A stretch of DNA of 56,406 nucleotides, filler included, from Jimgerdemannia flammicorona (taxonomy: Eukaryota): NCBI GenBank assembly GCA_003990765.1. It is 3 parts of 3 records of this genome, joined end to end, with 100 filler letters (N's around TTAATTAATTAA, not from the genome) between each part and the next. Parts side by side here need not be neighbours in the genome. Positions count along the whole stretch, not along the records: positions 1 to 18,740 come from RBNJ01002122.1; positions 18,841 to 37,580 come from RBNJ01002123.1; 1 more part is not named here. One strand, given 5' to 3'. Below are positions 13,069 to 24,189 of the stretch, piece by piece. Every line of letters starts with the position of its first letter. The first letter of the stretch is position 1. The position numbers and the translations under genes are program-made. The notes below the pieces were generated by a model. The model was not told where the DNA came from. It ran no database searches and saw only the letters and a program-made list of their open reading frames with translations.

Positions 13069-14700
13069 ATGCAAAAGTGGAAACCCTTCCTCTCACTCTC
13101 GCGACTCCACCTCCACCCCGTCCTCGTGCGCCGCCACCTCTTAACCAGTGCCGCAGCAAGTTTCGCCGAGAGGGACCCACTACATGAGGGGGATCACTTC
13201 GCGCGCGTGCCTGACCGTGGGGTGCTTGAACTCGAGGGGCCAGATACAGTCAAGTTCTTGCAGGGACTGATCACGAACCATATGCCCAGGCTTGAAAACG
13301 GTGGGGAAGGGTTTTATGCTGGATTTTTGACACCACAGGTTGGTGAAGTTGGAGTTTCGTGCGTGGAAGAGAAGAGGTTAGGTGGGCCATGAGGGGTTTG
13401 GGAACCTCTCGCTCACCTCTCTCACTGCCTCATCTCCCCAGGGCCGCCTCCTGTATGATGTCTTTATTCACCCCCTAAACCTGGCTCCGAACTATTTCCC
13501 GCACCCAGTCTATCTGCTCGACTGCGCACAAGCCTCTCTCCCTTCCCTGCACGCACACCTTCGCCGTTACCTCCTCCGTTCCAAGGTTAAGCTACGCGAC
13601 GCCACCGACCGCTATGCGTTGTGGTCCGTGTGGGGCCCGCGCGCTCGCGACGTGTGGGAAGCGCCGCATCCCGAACCCGGGATTGTACCGAGAGGTGGCA
13701 TGGTGTTGAAGGTTAATAGGTGTGCAGAGGTCGGGTGTAGGGATCCTAGGTGGGAGGGGATGGGGCTGAGGGTTGTAGTTGAGAGGGAGGGAAAGCGTAG
13801 GTGGTTTTTTTTCCATTTGAATCTATTTGGATATATACATTGGATTTGACGGATATGTAGGTGTCACGTCAGTGTTGCTGAATTCCTTTTCATCTCATCT
13901 CATCCAACCCCCTTCCCACCCCAAGTCAATCTCCCCCCAACGTTCACCGAGCTTCCCGCGGAGGAGTACACGCTGCGGCGCATCTTGCACGGCATTCCCG
14001 AGGGCGTCGATGACTTGTGGCCAGGACAGGCGCTGCCACTTGAATCCAACTTCGACTACATGGGCGGAGGTGGGTTAGCTGGGTGAACGCACGTCTGCGG
14101 TAAGGGTGTGCGATGCGATGGAATATTGACGATAATCGCTTCACCAACTTGCCCCTTTCCCTCCGGCTCGCTTGTCATTCCCGGTGGAAGTTGACTTCCG
14201 CAAAGGCTGCTACGTCGGGCAGGAGCTCACGATCCGCACCTACCACACGGGCGTTGTCCGCAAGCGCATTGTGCCCGTCGCGCTTTACCGCGAGAGCGAG
14301 AGGTACTCGTACCCATTCCCTCATTTCTCACAATTTCTACCCATGTGCGCTGTCTCTTTACCAACTCCCACATTCACAACACTCCTACAGTCCCCCGACG
14401 ACCCTGACAGTCATCCGCAACCCCAAGACCCCCCCACTCTCGATCCCGCCCCCACAATCCGACATCCGCTCGCTCGCCCTCCCCCTGACAGCGCGGCCGG
14501 TTGGCCGTCTCTGCTCGAGTGTGCACAACATGGCACTAGCGCTCATGCGGCTCGATCACGTGTATCCGGAGGGGAAGGGCGTGCCAGAAGAAATGGTGGT
14601 CGAGGGGGCTGAGGGGGTTAGAGTCGGAGCCAGGCCTTTTTTGCCAGAATGGTGGCCGTGCGAGAAGGAGGGCGAAGGGAAGGATGGGGAAGGGGTGTAA
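13069..14700 (+). CDS. IBA57: Iba57/Caf17 (YgfZ/GcvT-like folate-binding mitochondrial Fe-S maturation factor); 5 exons (13069-13338, 13442-13796, 13926-14069, 14191-14302, 14391-14700)
   Basis: Mitochondrial-like presequence, [78 protein letters not shown] (KGCYxGQE signature), P.WWP. Confidence 0.93.
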
Positions 14701-15028
14701 GATGGGTGGTGGTGGTGTTGGAAATAATAGGATAGATGGGCGACGAGCGCTCAACAAGTATCTCATAAAGGACGTTTCGAAGATATCGTATATGCATATT
14801 ACGTGTGGTATATGAGTCCTCCAAGGAAGAAGGAAAAATGATCGTTCGTCGGTCTAGATTGGATCGTACGGTGGAATATGTATGTGATACAGAATGAGCC
14901 AGTTATGAATGACTCAAGATAATACACGGAAGCTCTCCCGTCTCACAAATGTTTCATCACAAAAGCGATATCCCAATCGCGACCCACCAATCCTCTCTCC
15001 AAATATCCAACTCCCAATCCAAATCCTC

Positions 15029-16409
15029 CTACTTCGCGCCATCCGTCTTCGTCTCGATAGTCAAGATCTTAAGACTCCCCGTAACAGTCTGTACCTTTTC
15101 TTCCTCGCTCAGAACGCCAGCAATTGTAGTCCCAACCTGCCTCTCGTCGCGTTCGTCGTCTGTCTCCCTCAGCTTATTGAGGCGGGCCTCCTCGACTTCA
15201 TGCAGCATCTGGTGGAATGACCGCTCCGCCATCGGCGAGAGCCCGAGGCCCGAATTCCGCCGGTGCTCGAACTTGCGCCAGTTCTCGCGTTGGATCTTCT
15301 CCTCCTCCCGGATCAGCAGGGGCTCGAAGTAGTTGGCCATCTGCACATCCTTCTGGTGAAGCCCGCATTTCTCGTAGAAAGGCACGTTGTGGAGCGTGCA
15401 GTTTAGGATTACTTTGTAGCAGCCGATAGCGCGGGCCGTGTATTGGAGTTGGTCGATTAGGCTGAGGAATGAGCAGAGTATGATGGTTAGGAGGCTATGA
15501 TCCGACATTAATGGCTACAATGACTGGGACAAATGCAGGTTTGATGATTACCGTTGGCCGAACTTTTTGCCCCGTTGTGAGTCATCCACAACGATGTCCT
15601 CGATGTGGCCAATCTGATTGATAGTGTGGATGTGGACGCAATGGAGAGATAAATGTCAGGCGAAACAACATATGAAATAGGAACCAAATAGTTCATTCCA
15701 TAGTTTCCAGTCCCATCAAGCTCTCAAATTTGCCAATATTCATTTTAGACCTTCGTTTCTTCATCTCTCTCGAACTCCCCCCCCCCTCCCTTCCCCAAAC
15801 CCACGAACCAATCAAGATCGAAGCGAGATCTACCTTGCCGCATTCGTGCAGGAACTTGTACTCGACTACCAGTGTTCCCACGGCAACAGTCCGGTCCGTC
15901 GACTCCTCGTGGATGACAGTGATGAAGTAGGTCTTGAGGTTGCGCATATGCTCGAAGCGTTCTGGAGAAGAGTGGGGGATAACGGCGTGAGATCGTGACC
16001 GTGAAATCCTCGCTTTCGCATTGCGGCTCCACGCTCCACAGAGTCCGATATGTGCAAAGGAGAAACGGAGATCACACACCGATGAATTGATCCTTGGACA
16101 CTTCACCGACGACAGAGAGCTGCGAGAGAAGTTTGAGGACACCTTTTGGGGAATGATGAGACGGGATGAGCAGATGGACTCGAACAGATCAACGCGAATT
16201 TCGCGGTCAAATAAGGGGCCGAACTCAGCTTCCCCATCCTCTATGTGCATCCCCGCCTTCATCCAAGCCCCCCTTATCGCCTCTCATCACTCACAATACT
16301 TACCTCGGTCGTAGTCATCAATCGCCAGAGGCCTGATCCTGTACCCTTTGGGTAGCTGTGCCTGAACGTTGGCGGAAATGAGCAAGTCGGCAAAGAGGTT
16401 GACGGTCAT
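15029..16409 (-). CDS. GNA1: Glucosamine-6-phosphate N-acetyltransferase (GNAT) with long C-terminal extension; 5 exons (16409-16304, 16142-16080, 15961-15834, 15613-15552, 15461-15029)
   Basis: LPKGYRIRPLAIDDYDRGVLKLLSQLSVVG, GTLVVEYKFLHECGKIGHIEDIVVDDSQRGKKFG, GCYKVILNC..NVPFYEKCG. Spliced frames are consistent. Confidence 0.92.
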
Positions 16410-17116
16410 GAGGTGGCGAGTGATTGGATGTTTGTGCGAAGTAGTGTGCAGAAGAGGGAATACGTTTTGACAAAGGGGGCGATGCGGGCTCTTCTGGGTT
16501 TATATGACAAGGGGCAACAAAAGCACAGTCACGCCTTCTATTCACGGCACCAGCCGCTATGTTGCCAGATAAGGCCTACCCGGGACACAGGGGCCCCTGC
16601 ACGTCGTCCAACAGTGGCACCACGCGTCGGCCATGCGATCCAAAGCAGGGACTGGCTTGCCTGCTTCGATACTCCTCTGGCGGGCGGAGTTGGGTTGCTA
16701 ATTAGGTTGCTATGGAAAAAGCGAGATGTGTTTATGAGATAATGTCGTGTGTACCACTTCGTGACGAGCAGGATCAGGTGGCCACTCCGTCGCTCCTGCT
16801 GGGATAGACACATTGGCCAGGCGGCTAACAAAGGGTTTGTACAAAAAGACCCTTGTTAAGGGAAACCCTGACCCAGACTATATTCGGATCATCTACTTGG
16901 CCATTTATTCGTAACTATGAAATGGTTACTATGTTTTGCATAACTGATATCATATCTACATAATTACAAATGCAGCGACTCCTGCTTTGGAAACTGTGCG
17001 CCAAACAAACGCCATTAGGAAACTCAGCCAATCACGGACAACTTTTGTTGGTGCCTCCTTTCTTCCCTTGAACCGTAACGCCTCCTGCAAACGAACAATA
17101 TATCCACAGACGCACC

Positions 17117-18046
17117 ATGTTCTCCCAAGCTATGAAGATGTCCCGCAGCAGGTGGATCCAGCTGCTCATATTCCTCGCCCTCCTCTCCGCAATTTTTCTC
17201 TCCCTCCCGCAGTCCACCTCCCCCCACCCCTGGAATAATCTCACTGGCGACCTTGTCGTCGACAACCTAGACGATTCCGACCCGTCCCCGGCGGTCCAGA
17301 AACACGCCTCCAACACCCCTCCGAACCCCTTAGACCGCACGCTAGGCTTCGGCCGTATCTACGTGATCAACATTGCCTCGCGCACAGACCGCCGCCAGGT
17401 CATGACCGCCATCGCCAAGTACCTCAACCTCGACTTCAGCTTCATCTCCGCGACACTAACGAACGACCCCGTAGTGCGCACACTACATAATCGTACAGGT
17501 CTCAAGCGCGTGGTGCTGGCGTGCTACCGGTCGCACATGTCCGTGTACGAAGATGTGGTGGCCAAGAACCTGACCTCGGCTCTCGTGCTCGAGGACGATA
17601 TCGACGTCGAGGCCGATCTCACTTCGCGCGTCGCCGCCCTGCTTCCATATCTTCCGGTCAGCTGGGAAATGCTCTATCTGGGCAACTGCAACCCGGGCAA
17701 TCCGCAAGAGTCCGACGGCGAACCGCTGCCCGGGAACCCGATCCTCAGGAAGTCTAAACTGCCCTACTGTACCCATTCGTACGCCGTCAGCGCCAAGGGT
17801 GCCGTGAAGTTACTCGGGTTGCTAGCCGAGCCGACTATTGCGGTTGATGTGCAGATCGCGAGGAATATTAGGGATGGGAAGATTGAGGCCTTTAGTGTTG
17901 TGCCTGTGATGACAACGCAGAGCAGGGATAGCCCGAGCGATATATCTAAGAATTGGAAGGAAATGCACGCCGACCTGCTCGAGGATTCGGTGCTGGCAAG
18001 GCTGAAGAAGGAGGGACTGTTGGAGAAGGGAAAGACTGAGGAGTGA
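17117..18046 (+). CDS. Glycosyltransferase family 25, type II membrane protein, intronless, 309 aa
   Basis: N-terminal TM/signal anchor. GT25 motifs IYVINIASRTDRR, ACYRSH, LVLEDD, WEMLYLG, CTHSYAVSAKGAVKLL, VD. Confidence 0.88.
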   Translation: MFSQAMKMSRSRWIQLLIFLALLSAIFLSLPQSTSPHPWNNLTGDLVVDNLDDSDPSPAVQKHASNTPPNPLDRTLGFGRIYVINIASRTDRRQVMTAIAKYLNLDFSFISATLTNDPVVRTLHNRTGLKRVVLACYRSHMSVYEDVVAKNLTSALVLEDDIDVEADLTSRVAALLPYLPVSWEMLYLGNCNPGNPQESDGEPLPGNPILRKSKLPYCTHSYAVSAKGAVKLLGLLAEPTIAVDVQIARNIRDGKIEAFSVVPVMTTQSRDSPSDISKNWKEMHADLLEDSVLARLKKEGLLEKGKTEE

Positions 18047-18740
18047 GAGGTAAAGAGGAAGTGTGGTGGGTAGGTGTAGTTGACATTGACATAGATACCT
18101 ATGTAATATACCTTTAATGGACACTGTGATTATCCCCAACATAGCAACAGGATCATTTTGTAATTCTCTGGAACCCGTAGTAATCGGATGGCTGTGAAGT
18201 TTTCGAACGATTGTGTACTGTCAGATGGTGCAGAAATTTAACTTGTCTGGTTGTTGTATACCAAATACTGTGGGAATAATGATTATCAGGCGGCATCAAG
18301 ATGGAGCCACTACCCGACGGCGTCGAACAATAGGATTGTTCTCGCGGGTGGAGAAAGGTACTACGGTAGGGAATCAATAGTGTGAATCCATTGACTAAGA
18401 TAACATGCAGCTTGAAATCATTTCCTTTTGAATGAGGTCGAGGCAATTAAAAAAAGTGACTTGGAAACATTATAACTTCCCCCATTATTATGTGTTGCTA
18501 AATTTATGGCTTGGCCGACTGCAGAGAATTACGACGTCACTAGGGAATGTCGAATGATACAAGATGGTATTTCAAAACGGGGCAAGGACAGTGGCTCGTC
18601 CTTGAGGGTTGTTGAGTGTGTCAAGCTTTCCGTCAAGGGATGAGCCGACGACGTGGTGCCGAAAGGAGGTAAGTATTTGGTGTTAGGTTGGCCCTTTGTT
18701 CTTGCCCCTCCCTTTAGTCTTACGTTTTTTTTTTTTAAAA

Positions 18741-18840
18741 NNNNNNNNNNNNNNNNNNNNNNNNNNNNNNNNNNNNNNNNNNNNTTAATTAATTAANNNN
18801 NNNNNNNNNNNNNNNNNNNNNNNNNNNNNNNNNNNNNNNN
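18741..18840. other. Artificial contig spacer N44-TTAATTAATTAA-N44
   Basis: Six-frame-stop linker between N runs, exactly 100 bp. Confidence 0.97.
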
Positions 18841-19252
18841 TTTTTTCGCTCAAAATTGATTTCCACTGCTTCCAACAAACCCAACAATTTCGAAGGATGT
18901 GTAAGAAACACGATGACAAAGCGAAAGAAAATGTAAAAATAAATGCCGAGTTTTTAAAATAGCCAATAATTAACTCAAAAAAAATTCTGTCCATCCAAAA
19001 TTTTAGTATGGGCCGTCTTCAGCGCTTAAAAGATCAGCATCCGACGCCCCTGATTCTGGATTGAAAATTTTATTGCATTAACATTCAATCACTATTTCAT
19101 CAGCAATACTACTACTTAGATAAATATACAGTAGATATTATAGCTTAGAGTTAAAATATAAAAATAAATAGTATTGCTAAAATGTTAACCAATTAGTCTG
19201 TAATCTGATGTAGACAAATTTGGTTGCAAAAACAAATAAAATAATACATATA

Positions 19253-22200
19253 TGTTGTGAATATGGAGTGGATACTGGAGAAGAGAGTGTTGTTTATTAT
19301 TCTAGATAGCACATATTTATGTATTGGAATCAGTGATGTAATCAAGAATAATATACATATATAAGCCACATATAAGCTACAAATTATCAAGATATAATAA
19401 TTTCAATACTTCTGCTCAATAAGATAATATACAAGAATACAATATAAGCAGAAATGTAAGAATGTAATGAAACTAAGAAAATTACTATAAAATGACTACA
19501 AATATACTAAAGAAACTATAGTGAAAATAAAGAATATAAACAGGTCCTAATATATAGTAAAAAAAAACTCAAATGTAGAAAAAAAGAAGAGGAAGAAGAA
19601 GAACTAGTAAATAATAATACAATGTAGAAAGATATAATATTTTTTTTTCTGCTTCTTTTGCATTATGAAATAATCTGTAATTATATATTACTAGTATATA
19701 TGTATATAATTTATTATTTTATTATAAAGTATCTATAAGACCTATTTCTTCTATATATATATCAAACTTTGTCTTTGAAAGGGTTTTTATAAGTAAATCT
19801 ACTATCATTTATTCTATGGAGAGGTATTTTAGATATATAGTCTTGTTTTTTATATATTATTTTATATAATAATACTATGTGTTAATATGCTTTATTCTGA
19901 TATAATATACTAGATTTTTTACTATAGCTATAGTTAATTAATTATTCTGATAAATAAGTATAGAGTGCTCTTAATCAAAGCTGAGCTTCTTTAATAGCTG
20001 ATATAGCCAAATGGCTTTCTTTGTTATTATTGACAATACTTGATACTCTACTTATATAGATAATATTGCTATTGAGCTCTGCTTACATAATTGTCAAGAT
20101 ATAATCTCTATATTTAACTGAAAGAAATATCTAATTATAGATTGATAGTTATCTAAGTCTCTGGTCTAATTAGTATTATATGTATACTGAATAGTTATAT
20201 ACTATTATTCTTATTATTATTCTGACTCAATCTACCTAGAGTGAGTATATAGTATACTATTCCTTGAGATATCTAAATATATACTTAACTACTGACTAAT
20301 ATATTTTATTATAGTATGATAAATACTATACTATCTTATTTATAATATATGAGATATCAGATCTTATTTCTAGTATAAGATACATAAGAGACCCAACTAC
20401 TTACTAATAGAGAATATTTATATAGATTTGTTTTTATCATTATTAGTCTTGAGTTTTCTTAATTTTATAGATATATCTATAAGAGTGCTGATGGGCTTAT
20501 ATTTATTCATGCTAAATTATTCTAAGATGATTTAAATATAAGCTGACTATAAGATATATATAGTATATATGATTCTATTATATATAATAGTTATTTTAAG
20601 TAAAAAAAATATATTACTTATATATATCTGTCATCTATAATTCTTGATATAGAGCTTCTTTAACTTTACTAAGTCTGTTTTTTATTATAATGATAATTAT
20701 ATCATCTATTCAAATAACCATAAAAGCTACTCTACCATCAGTATAATATTAAATATATATATATGTATTATCTGCTTTATAGTATATATGTATAAAGCTA
20801 TTATTAAGGAGATATTTATTAATTTTTTAGTTTTACAGATAGACTGCTTACTTGATATTATATAGTTATTTATATAGTTTATATACTGGCTCATTTTGAC
20901 TGTCATCTACTTTATATCCTTATAGTTAGTAAATATATAATTTTATATCTATATTACTATTGAGAAAAATTATCTTTATATCTATTTAATAGATCTTCAG
21001 ATTATATATAATACTGATTATAAGAAGTATTCTAAGTAAAGTAAGCTTAAATATGGGAAAAAATATCTCATCATTGTCTATGCCATAATTCTCTAAATAA
21101 CTCTTAGTAATGAAATAAGCTCTAAATTACTCTATATTTTTATTATTCTTATATTTGATCATATAGACCCAAAGTGATCTGATAGCTTATTAATTAGCTT
21201 AAAGAGGTATTAAGTCCTATATATTATTCTTGATAAGTGAATTATATTCCTTATCTATGGCTTACTTCTATCTCTTATTATTAGAGAAGATTATCACTTC
21301 ATTATATATATTTAGCTTACTGGAAATTATTATATATATATATTTATATACTTTAGTATAGCTTATATAGTCTCTATATTATTACTTAGAGCTTATTAGT
21401 ATATCCCAATAACTTTCTAAATTAGAATGAGTCTTGTTTCTGAACTTATACTTTGGCTTTTCCTTACTCTTAATAGATCTCTCATTATTGTTAGAGGTCT
21501 TACTATTCTTAATCTTCATTATTCTTGACTCAGATATATATAGTAGTTGAAAATAATTTTGCTTTATTGCTGAAGAGATTGGTACTAGTTACTATATTTA
21601 TACTGACTAGAATATAAAGAGAGTGATGAATATATCTATATAAAATTTCTAAACCTTTCTTTAAATTATAAATTATACAAGATTATTATATATTACTTAT
21701 ATATACATAGCTACTCTATAATGTTATATATCTTAGAGAGATCTCTTATATATAAGGGTCAGAACCTTATCTTTGTTACTGATATACTCTGCTGACATAC
21801 TTAAGAAATTTACATAATTCACCAGATCATCAATATGCTCAGTGTATTCATAAATACTCTTCTTAGACTTTATTTATAAATTGAATAGCTAAAATTTGAG
21901 ATAGAATCAATTTGATAAAAATGTTTTTATATGATGATTATATAAAATCTCTCATATATTATAAGCTATTATAGTATATTATAAGCTTTGTTTACTGGTT
22001 CAATAATATAAAAGTGATCTCTAATAATACTTAATAGTTATTTATAGTATTATAACCTTGAATCTATACTTATGATTTTATATACTTCTCTAATCTATAC
22101 TTATCCAGGAGATTGCTTATATAAATATCCAAATTATGTAATTATTATCATTAAAGACTAGAATAGACCTCTTGATTATATTATACTCACTATAAGAACT

Positions 22201-22490
22201 ATGACTATCATCATATATATATTGAGAGTACTCATACCTACTGTGACTATATTTGATATCTTGATATAGTGCATGTTTTTAGAGAATTATATTAAAGCCA
22301 CTTATATAGAACTAGCAGAACTTATAATCTTTATTGTAAATATAGAGTAGATATTAGAGAAAAGAGCATTGTTTATTATTCCAGATAGTGCATATTTATA
22401 TATTGGAATCAGTGATATAATTAAGAATGACATAGTTATATAAGCTACATATAAGCTACAAATTATTGAGATGTAATAATTTTATCAATA
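19253..22490 (+). mobile_element. Degenerate, internally deleted LTR retrotransposon; LTRs 19253-19408 and 22332-22490
   Basis: Two ~156-bp direct repeats starting TGTTGTGA/TATTGTAA and ending caata (mutated CAACA). Flanks atata/atatg fit a 5-bp TSD. Faint pol-like remnants inside (ADGL, GKKYLII); the strand call is tentative. Confidence 0.75.
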
Positions 22491-22669
22491 ATATGAAAAA
22501 ATTGATTTAAAATTTTCCAAAAAATAATTTTGTATATAAATTTTAAAAAATTTAGAAATAGTTTTTTGTAAGCATAATGCAGACTAACAGTTAAACAATA
22601 CTAAGTAGGTAACAAAGGCACTTCATTTTGATAAACTTATAACTAATAGTCCATCTAAAATCTCTTCAT

Positions 22670-24189
22670 TCAGCCTTGATGATCTTTTATCTGATACTTG
22701 CATCCTATATATAAGGTCACGGCAGGGTACACCTTGTCAGGTAGATTGGTCCAGGCTATCCCCTGATTGAATCCGTTGATCGAAAGGGCACAGGTATTGT
22801 CATTTAGGTTTAAATGAAGGGTTAAGACATCACCATTTTTAATCCGTTTTCCATAACCCTGAGATTTTCCTTGAACATAGGTATGGCTGTTAGAGCTGGA
22901 TTGGAAAGTCCACGAATACGGCCGGGTTGCCATGAAAGTATCAAAATGGGCGAATTCCTCTCCAACGAGCCCAACTTCACAGACGCCGATGCCGGAATAC
23001 GTTCCAATGGATTCAACGACAATATCCCATTCACATAGATTGTTTTGAACCTTCGTCCCAGGGACCGAAAGGCGTGCTGTCTGCTGCGATTTTCCTGAAT
23101 ACTCCACAACCTTGCCATCTTCCGAAATGACCACTTGAGAACCGACCTTCAATTGATCCCAATGGAGATCGGTACTGTGATGTGCCTTTCCGCGATATGC
23201 AGACGGATGACCCGTAGGGCATATGGTGTTCTTGCAGGCATGATGGCAAAATGCCAGGTAGTGTGGAGAGGTCTCCGCAAATGCGTCGACTGCCTCCACG
23301 AGGCTCTTGAGTCGATGTGGGCAGATGAGCATGAGGTCAAAGTAACTCATCATTTTGAGCAGCAAGGCGCGCGACGTACCATCTCCCAGCTGGATCATGC
23401 CGTCGCACCCCTCAACCATATCGTTGACATCATGCAGAACAGCACGGCGGTCCGAAGCCGACGGCGCATTCTCGTGGCGTGCCCAGACCCAGTCGATGAT
23501 ACATAACAACAGGTTGTGCTCGGGCGTGGAAAGGGCCGTTGCTTCAGTGAGGAGCCACATGAGGGACTCTTCGGAGAGGTCAGTCAGATCGCCAATAGCG
23601 AGCTTGTGAGCGCGGAAAGGGTTGAGGAGCACATCATAGAGGTCTTTGTTGGTTTCGCTCCATGGTATGGCGGCAACCGCTTCGTTGAGCAGCGACGAGG
23701 CGATACCTAAATCAGCGAGATCGTGCCCACGCTCTAGCACCATCTTCATGAGCTTGGGGAGAAGGAGAAAGCTTGCTGCACGGTATATTCCTACTGCAGT
23801 GGAAATGTTGGCGGTCGTGTCGATAGTTTCGGTGTGTATGAAGCCGAGAATGATGTTGAGCACCACGGAGGTGATGTCGTTGAGGACGACACGATGAGAC
23901 GAACTCTCTTGCATATTTCCGTAAAGCATCGCCTTGAAGACTGGGCACCTTTTAAGAGACCATTATGGAATTAAGTGTGTGAAAAATTTTGTGAAAAACG
24001 ATGGACATAATTAGACTGTGAAGAGTATCGAAACCAGACAAACCTTGAAGCTAGTATGGCACGGCATGCGCCTAGCTCGACACCATCAGCGCAGACGATA
24101 GTCACATCGTGGTAGGTTGGGTCCTTCCAGATGGAGGCAATATCATCCTTGAGACTAAAACCGCTATCAGATTGCTCGACCATGTTCAT
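22670..24189 (-). CDS. BTB/POZ(-BACK-like)-SPRY/B30.2 domain protein; 2 exons (24189 or 24183-24044, 23948-22670)
   Basis: BTB: YHDVTIVCADGVELGACRAILASRCPVFKAMLYGNMQES...ILGFIHT...IYRAASFLLLPKL. SPRY: EWDIVVE..VGLV..GYGKRIKNGDVLTLHLNLNDNTCALSING..GIAWTNLPDKVYPAVTL. Confidence 0.88.

Noticed and set aside
18540..18740. Possible first exon ending at a strong gtaagt donor (~18669)
   Set aside because: No open frame from an ATG reaches the donor, and the contig ends.
18785..18796. TTAATTAATTAA palindrome (also at 37625-37636)
   Set aside because: Synthetic six-frame stop linker, not biological.
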